Positions 46,523-56,826 are shown, counted from the stretch's first letter. The stretch: 64,000 bases of DNA from a virus (IMGVR_UViG_3300045996_000470:34667-98666); one strand, 5' to 3'. Notes: generated from the letters alone by a model not told the origin. A program made the numbers and translations.

Positions 46523-46694
46523 AAGTTTCTTTGTCGTAATAAACGCCCTTTATTCTGTTTCTAAATCCACAGTTAGGACAATCTCTATCTGTTTCGTGCT
46601 CCACAGTTACAAAGTCCGTACGATGTTTTCCACGAAATATTTCTCCACACGCACAACGCAGTGTGACTTCTTCTAATTCTTTCCAATCTCTCAT
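46506..46694 (-). CDS. zinc-ribbon protein
   Basis: 62 aa; CACGEIF...CPNCGF. Confidence 0.35.
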   Translation of the reverse strand: MRDWKELEEVTLRCACGEIFRGKHRTDFVTVEHETDRDCPNCGFRNRIKGVYYDKETFETEE

Positions 46695-47029
46695 ATTATT
46701 TTTAGTCCCTGCAAAAAATGGTAAATTTGTTGGTCTCCTCCGAGCGTTATTCCCACTCTTTCTATCCTTCTTATATCCCTTTCAAAAGCATCCTTTATAC
46801 CTTCTAGCGCCGTCAGTGCTGCCTTGGCTGCTTCTACATAATTAGCATACAAAGAAAATTCTATGTCTAAAGGGTTCAAAATTCTCTTTTTAAAACCAAA
46901 GCGGGGTTTAAAACAGTACAATTTTCTATGATGAACCTTGCGCATAAAATAAAGTCTTTCCACAGTTCCTGAGCGGTGAAAGAAATACGCTCTATCTATT
47001 ATCAAGTCTTTTGTATTCACGGTGTCCAA
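46691..47029 (-). CDS. hypothetical protein
   Basis: 112 aa. Confidence 0.3.
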   Translation of the reverse strand: MDTVNTKDLIIDRAYFFHRSGTVERLYFMRKVHHRKLYCFKPRFGFKKRILNPLDIEFSLYANYVEAAKAALTALEGIKDAFERDIRRIERVGITLGGDQQIYHFLQGLKII

Positions 47030-48204
47030 CTAAATACCTCTCTGCCGTGAGCCTTCGTGCCGTTGGCATAAAGTTCCCACAGGTTTTCTTTTACTAACTT
47101 AATGTCCTCAATCCTCCCCAAGTTGTCATAACTTCCTGAGTAATCTAAGACGTAACAATCTTCCTTGTCCTCTGCAATACGTGTGCCTCGTCCTAACATT
47201 TGGTAGTATAAAGCAAGGGAACGAGTCGGACGAATCAAATAGATGCAATCCAACTCTGGAAAGTCAAATCCTGTTGTCAGAACTCCCACGTTAAAGACCA
47301 CTTGAATTTTTCCTGTACGGAATTCTTCTATAATTCTGTCGCGCTCTTTAGTTGGCGTTTTTCCTGACACGCAAGCTGCCTTAGTGATTGTAGTAGCAAG
47401 CCTTTCAGCCTGTGAGACGGAACTACAAAAAACTAAGACAGCCTTGCGATGCTTACGCGCTCCGTTAATACTTACGATTATCTGCTCTTCGTAAGGAGTT
47501 AGGAGTCGTTCAAATTCCTCTAAATTAAAATCTGATGCAGACTTGTTTAAAGGAATATTTGCGTGAGGAACAAACGTCCTGCTGAAATACTTTAGAGGAC
47601 AAAGATATCCTTGGTCTACCAATTCGTGGTTGTTTATATTATAGGAAATCCTGTTCCATAGACGAGGGTTTGTTCTGTTTATTAATTTTAAAAAAGTTCC
47701 GTAGGTAACGATTCCATTGATATTTCCCACTGCTTGGACATTTCTGTATGGTGTAGCCGTTAGCCCAATCATAATTGGGTCTCCTATTGCTTTCAAGAAA
47801 GATGTGAACATTCCCTTCTTATTTTTGGAATTGATTGCGTGTGCTTCATCGCATAATACTAATCCAATGTGGTTAAACAATTCAGGTTTTTTGTAAATAG
47901 ATTGAATAGTGGCAAAATTATACTTCCTTATGTCCTTACGCTTAAATGAAGCAGAGTACACTCCTATTTCGTTTTTAGGTACGTGTGCCTCTAGTTTATT
48001 CATGTTTTGCTGAAGAATTTCTTTTGACGGTTGTAGAATTAAAATTTCTTTTTTTAATTCGTTGGCAATTCCAGACACAACCAAACTTTTTCCAGCCCCT
48101 GTTGGAAGGACTAACAAAGAATTATTATCAAATTTTTTGATACTCCAGATTCCTTTTTCTATCGCCTCTTCTTGATAAGGACGTAGTATTGGTTTAGATT
48201 TCAT
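47017..48204 (-). CDS. SF2 DEAH-box helicase
   Basis: 395 aa; Walker [17 protein letters not shown] in [17 protein letters not shown], and motif [10 protein letters not shown]. Confidence 0.7.
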   Translation of the reverse strand: MKSKPILRPYQEEAIEKGIWSIKKFDNNSLLVLPTGAGKSLVVSGIANELKKEILILQPSKEILQQNMNKLEAHVPKNEIGVYSASFKRKDIRKYNFATIQSIYKKPELFNHIGLVLCDEAHAINSKNKKGMFTSFLKAIGDPIMIGLTATPYRNVQAVGNINGIVTYGTFLKLINRTNPRLWNRISYNINNHELVDQGYLCPLKYFSRTFVPHANIPLNKSASDFNLEEFERLLTPYEEQIIVSINGARKHRKAVLVFCSSVSQAERLATTITKAACVSGKTPTKERDRIIEEFRTGKIQVVFNVGVLTTGFDFPELDCIYLIRPTRSLALYYQMLGRGTRIAEDKEDCYVLDYSGSYDNLGRIEDIKLVKENLWELYANGTKAHGREVFSWTP

Positions 48205-48781
48205 TTATTATAAAAATAGGCTTGAACCTATTCCCTTTAGAAGAATTTTCTTTCTTAGATAAGTACTGTAAATTTTCCGGAACGTGTAGACCGGAAACCA
48301 ACTTCCCTTGTAATGGAAAAATATGGTCTACTGTCATTCCCTTTGGACATTTACTATAAATTTCTGTTATCTTGTCTTTATCTGCCCAAGCAGGAAATCT
48401 TTTCATTTTTGCTGCATGTCTGCGAGCGTCTATATTTCTTTGAATATGTGGATTGGCTTTTCTGTAATTCTTTTTCCTTTCTTTGTGAATTTTACTGTAC
48501 TCTCGACCATATTCTAAAAGTCTTTCTTTATTACTGGCTCTGTAATCTGCTTGTTTTTGTTTTATAGTGTGTTTATTGTCCTCGTAATACTTCTTCCCTA
48601 TTTCAACGGCTCTTTTTTTATAGCCCTCCCTAACGAGTAGAACTTTTTCTCTGTTGCGCTTTTTCCACTCTCTATTCCGTATAAGCCTGCAGTTTGTACA
48701 AGCTTTATTTGGTTGGTTGTCTCTTGTAGTGCTACCGCACTTCTTGCAAGGACTTCCCTTAATTGTGAGTTGTTTTTGCAT
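48194..48781 (-). CDS. HNH endonuclease (paralog of 63618-63908)
   Basis: 195 aa; N-terminal CxxC pairs; [40 protein letters not shown]. Confidence 0.7.
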   Translation of the reverse strand: MQKQLTIKGSPCKKCGSTTRDNQPNKACTNCRLIRNREWKKRNREKVLLVREGYKKRAVEIGKKYYEDNKHTIKQKQADYRASNKERLLEYGREYSKIHKERKKNYRKANPHIQRNIDARRHAAKMKRFPAWADKDKITEIYSKCPKGMTVDHIFPLQGKLVSGLHVPENLQYLSKKENSSKGNRFKPIFIINEI

Positions 48782-48800
48782 TCAAAAAATCCTCCCACTA

Positions 48801-49019
48801 TTAATTCAACAAGGTGTAATTATATGGAGCCGTAATTGCATTTCCAGTAGTCACATCAAACTGCTGGTCATTATCCATAACAATGACAGGAAACTCTTCC
48901 CCGCTAATCTTATCCTGTTTGAAGATAAGTTCCTTAATAGTTCTAAACTCCGGTATTCCTAGAGTCTGTGAACTAACTATAATGATTTCGTCTCCGACCT
49001 TATACTTCTCTAGGTTCAT
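48801..49019 (-). CDS. hypothetical protein
   Basis: 72 aa. Confidence 0.3.
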   Translation of the reverse strand: MNLEKYKVGDEIIIVSSQTLGIPEFRTIKELIFKQDKISGEEFPVIVMDNDQQFDVTTGNAITAPYNYTLLN

Positions 49020-49377
49020 TCTCTTCTCCCTTTACATAAGCTATTGCGTCGAGTGTTTCTGCTTCAAACCTAATGCCATACTCAACGTCTCCGTCACCTA
49101 TATCTTCCTTGTACGCTTTCAACATTGCGGTAGCAGAGTACTCCACATCCCTATCCAGCATACCTCTTAAGAGGTCTTCCCCTATTTCCTTAAGGCTCTC
49201 TGGAGTATTTAAAAAAGAAAGTCCTCCTCTCATATCCTTAGCCAAGCAAGCCGTAGTCCTAAGGGCAGCCATCATTTCCCAATCCGTCTTTTCGATTACG
49301 TGTTCTATTATTTCTTCTTTATTCATTCTTTTCCTCTCACTAAGGTTTTCTTTGCTAATCTGTATGTATAGTAACAT
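49000..49377 (-). CDS. hypothetical acidic protein
   Basis: 125 aa. Confidence 0.3.
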   Translation of the reverse strand: MLLYIQISKENLSERKRMNKEEIIEHVIEKTDWEMMAALRTTACLAKDMRGGLSFLNTPESLKEIGEDLLRGMLDRDVEYSATAMLKAYKEDIGDGDVEYGIRFEAETLDAIAYVKGEENEPREV

Positions 49378-49622
49378 CCTACAGAAAATAACATTCCTGC
49401 TAAAACTGCAAGAGCAGGATAAAAAGCCTTAGTCCAAAGGGTTATTCCTATCACTGCGGCTGTCACTAATAACAACTGTACAGCAAAGCTTATAAAAATT
49501 GACACAACCCACATACTTATATTTTCTTCAAGGTCATATGGCGAACCATCAAGATATTCAAATACTTTTTTAATGCCCCAAGTGCTGCCTATAAGCCACA
49601 CTCCCAATAGAAAATATATCAT
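49323..49622 (-). CDS. membrane protein (three predicted transmembrane helices)
   Basis: 99 aa, hydrophobic. Confidence 0.3.
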   Translation of the reverse strand: MIYFLLGVWLIGSTWGIKKVFEYLDGSPYDLEENISMWVVSIFISFAVQLLLVTAAVIGITLWTKAFYPALAVLAGMLFSVGCYYTYRLAKKTLVRGKE

Positions 49623-49891
49623 ACATCGTCCTCAAATAATTCGTATACTGACCTTCGCACCGGCTCTCCCGTTGTTTCAGGGGTTGCCTTTTCCCAATCT
49701 AAGTAGACCGCTTCTGCATTAGGGTTAGCCGCTAGTCTTAATTCTTCTACCCTTAATTCGTTTAGTTTTTCTTCTTCCTCTCTTTGATAGTCCTGCTCTG
49801 TAATCTCTCTCAAAACTACGATACTGCCCCAAATAGCAAGTCCTGACAGTATTAAAAGTACGACAATTTCTAGCCAATAAGCTTTAGCCAT
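49619..49891 (-). CDS. small membrane protein
   Basis: 90 aa; N-terminal transmembrane helix AYWLEIVVLLILSGLAIWGSIVVL. Confidence 0.3.
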   Translation of the reverse strand: MAKAYWLEIVVLLILSGLAIWGSIVVLREITEQDYQREEEEKLNELRVEELRLAANPNAEAVYLDWEKATPETTGEPVRRSVYELFEDDV

Positions 49892-50537
49892 TACTTTTCC
49901 TCAACTCATTTGGTATCCACTCTTTAGTCCAATGCACATCCGTCTGAACGTGATTAGGTCTAACTGCCTTAGCCAAATTTTTTTGGAAATCGTTGTAGTG
50001 ATAACTCATTACGTTACGAATAACTATTCCTTCGTGTCCGCTTGCTATGATGTGGTTGTAAGTGTGTACAAGGAAGTCTAAGTGTTGCTCATAATCAAAG
50101 AGGACAATTCTAGAGTCAATCTCTACGTGTGTTAATCCTAATTCATAACACATGTGCTGTGTCTGTAGTAAGTCAAGGCATTCGTTCTTATCATTCCAAA
50201 TACTAAAAACATAAAAGAAGCTTTTCAAATCTGTGTAATGAATAGAGTGCTTCGCGTACAGATTCTCCCCACAAATTCTCCATCCTCTAGGAATCAGGTG
50301 CTTAATTCCTGCGTGTATCTGTTTAACTACAGACCTAGAAGGGTGGTGAGTAGAGTCCAACGACCTAGCGTGGATGCCATCACGATACATAGAGGTGTTC
50401 TCTCCATCCATCTTGACAGTAACTGCTACTTGCTTTCCATTGAAACACGATTCATCTTCCATTCTCCTGTCGTCATTTTGCAGACCTAGAGAGAAAGGCA
50501 AGTGATATGTTTTAGGATATTTATGTTGATTTTCCAT
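49884..50537 (-). CDS. small RNA-ligase-family protein (Rnl2-like minimal nucleotidyltransferase; motif I KxDGxN)
   Basis: 217 aa; motif I VTVKMDGENTSMY; WRICGENLYAKHS (motif III-like); SGHEGIVIRNV (motif IV-like); FQKNLAKAVRPNH (motif V-like). Confidence 0.4.
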   Translation of the reverse strand: MENQHKYPKTYHLPFSLGLQNDDRRMEDESCFNGKQVAVTVKMDGENTSMYRDGIHARSLDSTHHPSRSVVKQIHAGIKHLIPRGWRICGENLYAKHSIHYTDLKSFFYVFSIWNDKNECLDLLQTQHMCYELGLTHVEIDSRIVLFDYEQHLDFLVHTYNHIIASGHEGIVIRNVMSYHYNDFQKNLAKAVRPNHVQTDVHWTKEWIPNELRKSNG

Positions 50538-50739
50538 TACCTTTTACCTTTCTATAGTTTCTTTGAAATTCTCGATAATCGTATACCCCTAAACTAATCA
50601 GTACAGTGAGTCCTACAAATGCAAAAACGTAAAGGACTCCCGACCCCCATAAAGTTATAAGCTGTAGGAATCCATAGGCTATAAGCAATGCCCCTACAAC
50701 GATAGCTGTTCCGATTAGACTGCTTTTTAAAATTTCCAT
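50521..50739 (-). CDS. small membrane protein
   Basis: 72 aa; two transmembrane helices. Confidence 0.35.
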   Translation of the reverse strand: MEILKSSLIGTAIVVGALLIAYGFLQLITLWGSGVLYVFAFVGLTVLISLGVYDYREFQRNYRKVKGNGKST

Positions 50740-50745
50740 ACTTCT

Positions 50746-50773
50746 ATTCTAGCACATCTTGTATAAAAGTCAA
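50746..50773 (-). promoter_or_regulatory. leaderless sigma70-type promoter (copy 7)
   Basis: - strand TTGACT, 16 nt, TAGAAT, 6 nt, ATG (50739). Confidence 0.45.
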
Positions 50774-51126
50774 CAACCTCGTCGTTGTTTTCTTACGCTT
50801 GCTATTTGTAGCTTGTTTATTGGGTAGAACATTCTTTTTGTGTAGTCCCTCAAAGAATTTAACAGAGTTTTTGACGGTTGGCACGCCTTTTTCAGTCCTT
50901 CCAGTCTGTCGATATAGAAATCTTTGTAGACCAAATTAAGAAGGTAGGGATTTTTAGAAATCACTGGAAACACATCAAGCTGGGCTTCCTTTAATAGCAT
51001 CAGGTATCGACAAACCTTTTTTCTGTTGTAATTATCTAGCTTTTCTAACTCTTGCACAATGTAAGTCAACGAAGGGAAGTCCTTGATGTTTCCAAATGTG
51101 TCTGCTTTTATTTTGTTTTCTATCAT
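50770..51126 (-). CDS. hypothetical protein
   Basis: 118 aa. Confidence 0.3.
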   Translation of the reverse strand: MIENKIKADTFGNIKDFPSLTYIVQELEKLDNYNRKKVCRYLMLLKEAQLDVFPVISKNPYLLNLVYKDFYIDRLEGLKKACQPSKTLLNSLRDYTKRMFYPINKLQIASVRKQRRGC

Positions 51127-51127
51127 G

Positions 51128-51343
51128 CTAACGTCCTTTAAGCAATTCTTTGGCGATTTGAATCCATTCTTCTGTCGTATGTAGCAGCAGTGTAGGACGA
51201 CCTTTTAGGTGGCACTCCATATCAGAAATGTCGTCCCAAAAGCTATGCATAGTTCCTATTGGTTGGGCTATTGAGCGCAGTCTTTTTATTAATTCTTGTA
51301 ATTCTTCCTCTTTATCCATAATTAGGGGCGCCTTGATGAACAA
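51128..51343 (-). CDS. hypothetical protein
   Basis: 71 aa. Confidence 0.3.
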   Translation of the reverse strand: MFIKAPLIMDKEEELQELIKRLRSIAQPIGTMHSFWDDISDMECHLKGRPTLLLHTTEEWIQIAKELLKGR

Positions 51344-51566
51344 CCCTCCATCCCTTTTCCTCAGATTTCTTCAGGACTTTCTCAAAAACCTCTATAGTCT
51401 TAAAGAAATTTCTGTACATCAGAATCTCTGGTTGGTCTTTGCGGGGGTCTACCTTCATTACAGCACCCCCGTTTTTATGTGCAGCCATAGCTACCACGGC
51501 TAAGAGTTGTCCCTTTACCAAGATAGCTATGTCTGTCGTTACTGCTATTGTTTCTTCTTCTGCCAT
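51312..51566 (-). CDS. hypothetical protein
   Basis: 84 aa. Confidence 0.3.
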   Translation of the reverse strand: MAEEETIAVTTDIAILVKGQLLAVVAMAAHKNGGAVMKVDPRKDQPEILMYRNFFKTIEVFEKVLKKSEEKGWRVVHQGAPNYG

Positions 51567-52756
51567 TAATCCTGCCTTACAGCCTTAAACTTAGGATGCC
51601 TAGGGATGCCATACTTTGACCTACCGAAAAATTCAATCGTTGCTTGTTTTCCGATAAGGTTTTTCCTATCATTGTAAAGCGCCATCCCTTTCTCGTGACT
51701 GATTCCTTTACCAAGTCCCGGAGCAAAGGTAGTAATCTCTTTACCGTCTCTGTCCACCGTAGGTTTGTCCAACTTACAAATTACCCTACCCAAACGCCCC
51801 TGCTTGTTCAACTCAAAGTCCACAATTTCAAACTCTGCATCCTCGTACAGCTTACACTTAACCAAAGACCAGCTACGTTTATGTTCATAACCCTTATCCA
51901 GAGTTCTAATCATTAACCCTTCGTGTCCCTGTTCAAGAAACTCGTCAGTCTTTTCGGCAATCTTCTCGTCAGTAGCTTCAATCTCAAAGCTAGGGACAAC
52001 AATAACGTTGTCAGACGCAAACTGTTTAAGAAATTCATAGCGCTCCTTGTAATTCTTATCGCTATACGTGTCGTAAAGGTAGTACTTTACCTTCTTAAGT
52101 TGTTCTTCCTCTTCCGGTGTGCGGCTCTCCCTGCGCAACAGCCCACCCAAGTCGTCAAAGGCAAACTCAGAACTATAAAGTTCTCCATCAAGAGGGACAT
52201 CCCCTGTTAGCCCAAGTCTTTCATAAGACTCTCTAAGTTCCTTCTCTACGTGAGGAAGTGTGCCTGTCCTGTCACCCTTACGAGTATAGATTTGTACTTC
52301 GTCCGGAGTTACCTGAATAGGGGCGCGATAGCCGTCATACTTAGGCTGTACGTGAATAATATCGCCCTTAATCTTCATTTTCTCAAGAGTCTTAGAAGAA
52401 CTCTGCTTGCCTAGCGGGTCATATTTATGAGCCAGCATAGGAGTGAGAATTCCTGACCGGAGAACGCCTTTCTTGGCATCCTTTAAGTCTGTTACATATT
52501 GGTCACGGAGTTTCTTTTCTAACTTCGCTTCTGCTTCGGCAACAGCTTGCGTGTATGGTGTGGTAGCATTGGCTTTACCAATGTTCTTTCCTGCGGTAAC
52601 AGGGGTTGACTCAAGTTTCATCTTCATTCCCAAGACGCCTGACTCCCTGTGGATTATCGCCGGTGCTGTCTGGTTCGTTGGGTCACCTTCTACCCAAATC
52701 GTCCAAATAAGGTCTTGTCCCTTGCTGCTTATTTTGTAGATGCTTGTTTTTTTCAT
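51566..52756 (-). CDS. lig: ATP-dependent DNA ligase
   Basis: 396 aa; motif I VQPKYDGYRAPI (KxDGxR); motif IV-V GHEGLMIRTL ... WSLVKCK. Confidence 0.75.
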   Translation of the reverse strand: MKKTSIYKISSKGQDLIWTIWVEGDPTNQTAPAIIHRESGVLGMKMKLESTPVTAGKNIGKANATTPYTQAVAEAEAKLEKKLRDQYVTDLKDAKKGVLRSGILTPMLAHKYDPLGKQSSSKTLEKMKIKGDIIHVQPKYDGYRAPIQVTPDEVQIYTRKGDRTGTLPHVEKELRESYERLGLTGDVPLDGELYSSEFAFDDLGGLLRRESRTPEEEEQLKKVKYYLYDTYSDKNYKERYEFLKQFASDNVIVVPSFEIEATDEKIAEKTDEFLEQGHEGLMIRTLDKGYEHKRSWSLVKCKLYEDAEFEIVDFELNKQGRLGRVICKLDKPTVDRDGKEITTFAPGLGKGISHEKGMALYNDRKNLIGKQATIEFFGRSKYGIPRHPKFKAVRQD

Positions 52757-52763
52757 ATAAGAT

Positions 52764-52791
52764 ATGATACCTTATCTTGTATAAAAGTCAA
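52764..52791 (-). promoter_or_regulatory. leaderless sigma70-type promoter (copy 8)
   Basis: - strand TTGACT, 16 nt, TATCAT, 7 nt, ATG (52756). Confidence 0.5.
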
Positions 52792-52818
52792 GGGGGGCCG
52801 TACTTCGTTTCCACCAAT

Positions 52819-52872
52819 AGAAAAAAGCCTAAGAACGGATTTTGGAATTTTTACCAAGCCCCGTTTTTAGGC
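52819..52872 (-). terminator. rho-independent terminator
   Basis: - strand GCCTAAAAACGG, 22-nt loop, CCGTTCTTAGGC (one mismatch), then UUUUUUCU; sits between the stop at 52881 and promoter copy 8. Confidence 0.5.
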
Positions 52873-52880
52873 TCAATTTT

Positions 52881-54008
52881 TTACTTGTTGTAATAAAATC
52901 CAGAATCCTTCGCCCATCGCTTAACTATAGTTCTTTCATTTGGTCGGGCTATCCTATTTGCTAGCCCTCTAACCTGATTTACGTTATTCCCCCTAACTTC
53001 AATGGTTAGCTTTTTATTGTCATTCAGTGTTAATGACCAGATAGAAGATTTTCCAGCTATACATTCATTCTTATAAGACAGTACGCAATGCCGCATTGCG
53101 TTTCCTTCTTTTTGAAGCTCTTTTGCCGACTTTATCTGTGTAAATTTCCACAAATTAACTGTATCATCAGAATTCTTCTGAGAGTACTGCCTATCTTTGA
53201 CTGGAGTCCCTTCCCAATTAGCCTCTCCTATTAGTTTCAAACGTCTTAGGTCTTGGTGCCATTGTTCTACTTTTTTAGTTAGAGATTCAATTGTGTGCCC
53301 CTTGCCAATAATAGTAAAATCTGTATCTTCTCGACGCCTATAAACAATGTAATCGACAATATCATCAAGCTGTTCTTTTGATTTAGGTTCTTGGCGAGCA
53401 AAAAATTTTACTACCTCTCTCCAAAACTCCTCTGTTAAATCAAAAGCATTAATTTTTGTTTTGGAGATTCGTAAAGCTTTTCCTGTGTTATTTGATTCAG
53501 TATAAGCTATAGCGTATACAATTGCCTCGTCTATTGGAATTTCATAGTGACAATTCAAAAATGTGTGACATTCTTTTTTTGTAAATAAAGCCTGCCCGTA
53601 TTCCTTATAAAATGAACCGCCCGTTGCAATACAAATATACCAAAGCCTGTAATCTTCTTTGGTAGCAAATCCATAATCAACAGAAGGAACTGAAGAATGA
53701 TACCACTCTCGCCTCGGTGATGGAGTTTCCCAAGCATTAAACATAAACTCGGGAACAGGGTAAAGATGGAAAACGTGACGGACAAATTCAAAACGCTGTT
53801 TATCTCTATGCTTGCTTCTAGTTTTTAGGATAAAAGAATCCTTATCTCTAATAAAGAATCCCTTGTATTCCTTAAAGTCCTCAGACACATCAGGAACAGG
53901 TTCTGCCAGCTTGGCTTTAACTTCTCTAGTCCGTGCAGCAAAATTCTGTTGGAAATTAGCCTCAGCTTGTGCTAATTCTTCATTTTTTAATTTGGTCGCA
54001 CGCCCCAT
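52881..54008 (-). CDS. hypothetical protein (375 aa) with conserved-looking C-terminal NAMRHCVLSY motif
   Basis: ATG at 54008 lies 6 nt after the -10 of promoter copy 9 (the track starts at a GTG at 54023); no fold recognised. Confidence 0.35.
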   Translation of the reverse strand: MGRATKLKNEELAQAEANFQQNFAARTREVKAKLAEPVPDVSEDFKEYKGFFIRDKDSFILKTRSKHRDKQRFEFVRHVFHLYPVPEFMFNAWETPSPRREWYHSSVPSVDYGFATKEDYRLWYICIATGGSFYKEYGQALFTKKECHTFLNCHYEIPIDEAIVYAIAYTESNNTGKALRISKTKINAFDLTEEFWREVVKFFARQEPKSKEQLDDIVDYIVYRRREDTDFTIIGKGHTIESLTKKVEQWHQDLRRLKLIGEANWEGTPVKDRQYSQKNSDDTVNLWKFTQIKSAKELQKEGNAMRHCVLSYKNECIAGKSSIWSLTLNDNKKLTIEVRGNNVNQVRGLANRIARPNERTIVKRWAKDSGFYYNK

Positions 54009-54014
54009 AAAAGT

Positions 54015-54042
54015 ATGATACACCAGTCCTTGTAAAAGTCAA
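54015..54042 (-). promoter_or_regulatory. leaderless sigma70-type promoter (copy 9)
   Basis: - strand TTGACT, 16 nt, TATCAT, 6 nt, ATG (54008). Confidence 0.5.
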
Positions 54043-54126
54043 GGGGCCCTCTCGCCCCTTCCATTAGAAATTTTTCTAAAATTCGGTTTTTGGGGTTTTG
54101 ACAAGGGCCTATTTTTCGGTTCAAAA

Positions 54127-54489
54127 TTAGTTGCAAGCGAAAATTAGATACTTCTCCGGTGTAGGGTCTCCTCTCCTGTACCAATCAGAAACTGCGTTAA
54201 CTCGCATTATCTGTAAATCCTGTCTTAAGAACATAAACGCTCTAGTGCGAATTCTGTAGTTTTTGCAATCTGCCTCAAAAGACAGAAAAGCAAGCATATT
54301 TCCGTAAGGGTGCATAGCCCAAAAAACCCTTCTGCCATTTTTTAGGACTTGAAGGGAGCTTTTGTCGGAATAGTGGGCAACTCCGTCAATATCTACGAAA
54401 ATGGGCGAATAATCCTCTTTTTGGAGGGATTGTGTAGATACAGCTAAACTGCCGAATAGGAAAAGAGCGATAAGTAGTAATTTCCTCAT
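54127..54489 (-). CDS. secreted protein (signal peptide)
   Basis: 120 aa; MRKLLLIALFLFGSLAVSTQS. Confidence 0.35.
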   Translation of the reverse strand: MRKLLLIALFLFGSLAVSTQSLQKEDYSPIFVDIDGVAHYSDKSSLQVLKNGRRVFWAMHPYGNMLAFLSFEADCKNYRIRTRAFMFLRQDLQIMRVNAVSDWYRRGDPTPEKYLIFACN

Positions 54490-54551
54490 AATTGAGGATT
54501 ATACAATAATTAAAGGATTAAAAGCAAACTACTCTCTATCTGTTAGGAATT

Positions 54552-54956
54552 TTAAGCAATTTCATCATAGTATCTTTCTCCCTCCAAAAGAATAGGCTCG
54601 TCAAAATATGCAAACTCTCTTTCAGGCTCATCAAGAGGTACTCCTAGAGACTTTTTATATCTCTTTCTTTCTGCTGCTTCTTGATAACTATAATTTTCAT
54701 TTCCCACAAAAAGGACTCTACCCACCAAAAACATATAATCGTGCAACTGGTAATCTTCGTAAACCTTGTAAATGGTATAATCGGGGAGAATCACCTGTCT
54801 GTACGTCCGAATGTCATTTTTGTATTTTTCGCCTCTATGGTATAGGTTGTAGGTTCCATTCTTTAAGTGCCAAAGGAATTTATAAAAATCTTCGTCACTA
54901 AGACCGTTTTTTAATCCCTTTCGGTAATATTCAATTTTCGTCGGCAGTTTCGGCAT
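54552..54956 (-). CDS. hypothetical protein
   Basis: 134 aa; Tyr-rich. Confidence 0.3.
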   Translation of the reverse strand: MPKLPTKIEYYRKGLKNGLSDEDFYKFLWHLKNGTYNLYHRGEKYKNDIRTYRQVILPDYTIYKVYEDYQLHDYMFLVGRVLFVGNENYSYQEAAERKRYKKSLGVPLDEPEREFAYFDEPILLEGERYYDEIA

Positions 54957-55320
54957 CTTCTTTTAATAATTCCACTAGGTTCCCGCTGCAAGAGCGCCTT
55001 AGCCCGTTTTCTTCCCATTGAATATCTTTCGGATGTGATTCATATGGATTTTTACAGTGTCGGCACTGATTTCTTCGTTCTTTTTTAACTTTTACCGGAA
55101 AGTCCTCATCAAAAGTTAGTACTGTATTGTTTGATGGATGAGAGCCTACGTGAATGGCATAAAATTCGTAGAAATTTTTGTAAATTCCGAAACTATTGTA
55201 GTCACTTGCCATCCAGTATACAACAACACTTCCATTCCCAAAAATAGAACCCTCTAAAACTTGTCCAGTTCCACTTACACCGCTTTCATCATTATGACGG
55301 GTCATTTGAAACGTCTTCAT
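54931..55320 (-). CDS. hypothetical protein
   Basis: 129 aa. Confidence 0.3.
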   Translation of the reverse strand: MKTFQMTRHNDESGVSGTGQVLEGSIFGNGSVVVYWMASDYNSFGIYKNFYEFYAIHVGSHPSNNTVLTFDEDFPVKVKKERRNQCRHCKNPYESHPKDIQWEENGLRRSCSGNLVELLKEDAETADEN

Positions 55321-55442
55321 TTTCTTCTTCCTCTACCCAATTCACGTAATACCCCAAATTCCAGAAAAACTGCTCTAAGGTCAGTATTACCCTCCCTTGA
55401 GCAGAGAGTGCCGTAACTGTCGGGTCTGTTGGCATTAAGTGC

Positions 55443-56123
55443 TTAGTTAACTTTACGTGCATTGGCATAATGTTTCCAAATCATTAAATCGTATTCCGTA
55501 GGATTCACTCCTATTTTATCACAATGGTCAAGATAAATCTTCTCGTAATGGTCGTACTGCTTTCTAGAAGAAGGAGTATTCTTAGGTGCTTCGTCGTGCC
55601 CTAAATCGTCCCTAATAAATTTCATCAAATGCACATCAAGCATAGCAACCCTAACATATTTTCTCGTCCACGCCAAAAAACAACTAGCAGATTTCCTACC
55701 GATTCCGTGAATCGCCATAAGCTGTGCCATCGAACAACCTCGGAGATTGATTCCAGAATTAGTAACCTCTCTAAATGCCCTAGCCAAGCGAGTTTGACAA
55801 CCAAAGCCGTACGCCTTTAATGCACTTGGTAAATCATTATATTGTCGTACCTCGTAACGGACTGCAACGGCTGGGTCTATTATTCCAAAGTTGTCATATC
55901 TTATAGGGTTATGACGATGATATGCAAATTGTCCGTGTACTCCCGGTCTGTCATACAATTTCACCTTATTGAAAGGGGTACTTCCAGCGCCCTGAAGAAA
56001 CGCGTCCAATTGTCTAGCAGTAGTGGCGGCATTCTTTCCTGCTACGGCAATAAGAAAAAGGATTAATTCCTCTAACTCTTCGTCAGTTCTATTATAATTG
56101 ATTATATTATTAGGGTCTACCAT
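55443..56123 (-). CDS. HhH-GPD superfamily DNA glycosylase
   Basis: 226 aa; helix-hairpin-helix LMAIHGIGRKSASCFLAW followed by the catalytic Asp context VRVAMLDVHL. Confidence 0.5.
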   Translation of the reverse strand: MVDPNNIINYNRTDEELEELILFLIAVAGKNAATTARQLDAFLQGAGSTPFNKVKLYDRPGVHGQFAYHRHNPIRYDNFGIIDPAVAVRYEVRQYNDLPSALKAYGFGCQTRLARAFREVTNSGINLRGCSMAQLMAIHGIGRKSASCFLAWTRKYVRVAMLDVHLMKFIRDDLGHDEAPKNTPSSRKQYDHYEKIYLDHCDKIGVNPTEYDLMIWKHYANARKVN

Positions 56124-56461
56124 ACTTCCCTATGCGTTTGTACAAACTCGTCAAACTTACGGATATTTACGTTAAATGTTCCCCTATTTGTTTGGACAAT
56201 ATGCTCGTCTCCAAACATTGTCACTTTAAAAACTTGGTCAATCTGCTCCATCAACTTAAGGCTGATTAGAAACAGTTTCATTCTCTCAATCAATTTTTGA
56301 TAATTAGACACTATAGGGTAGCTGTAGTAGTTCATATTTTCCTCATTGCACATTTCACAGGGACATGATTGCTTTAATCCTCCAAATTCCACAGTGCAGT
56401 CAGTGTTCCCGTATTTGCATCCGTGTTCTTTACAACAATGTTCTGTGTGAACGTCCTTCAT
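56117..56461 (-). CDS. Cys-rich protein
   Basis: 114 aa; HTEHCCKEHGCKYGNTDC...CPCEMC. Confidence 0.3.
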   Translation of the reverse strand: MKDVHTEHCCKEHGCKYGNTDCTVEFGGLKQSCPCEMCNEENMNYYSYPIVSNYQKLIERMKLFLISLKLMEQIDQVFKVTMFGDEHIVQTNRGTFNVNIRKFDEFVQTHREVW

Positions 56462-56826
56462 CTTAGTCCTTTGGCCCTAGCGTAAGAAAGAAACAAGTTT
56501 AAATATCTTTCCATTTCTGGCTTGTGTTTATCTGAATACACAAACTCGGCACGGTCTATTTCTCCGTGTTGTTTAGAATCTAGCCAATCCTTAACTACAT
56601 CCACTTCTGGAGTCTCAACGACTTTTATACCCATTTTTTGGATAAAATCGTCAGCAGCGTCTCTAGTGTTGTAAATAAAATCAAAAGTATACCCTGACGG
56701 GTCTTCGTCCCCTGTAAGTTCTATAGCCTCGTCACAGAGTTCGTCACAAATTTCTTGGAACTTATCAACTTCTGATTTTATCACATCGAGGCGGTCTTTA
56801 TCTGCTTCGGTTATTTGTTTTTTCAA
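56458..56826 (-). CDS. hypothetical acidic protein
   Basis: 122 aa. Confidence 0.3.
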   Translation of the reverse strand: MKKQITEADKDRLDVIKSEVDKFQEICDELCDEAIELTGDEDPSGYTFDFIYNTRDAADDFIQKMGIKVVETPEVDVVKDWLDSKQHGEIDRAEFVYSDKHKPEMERYLNLFLSYARAKGLR

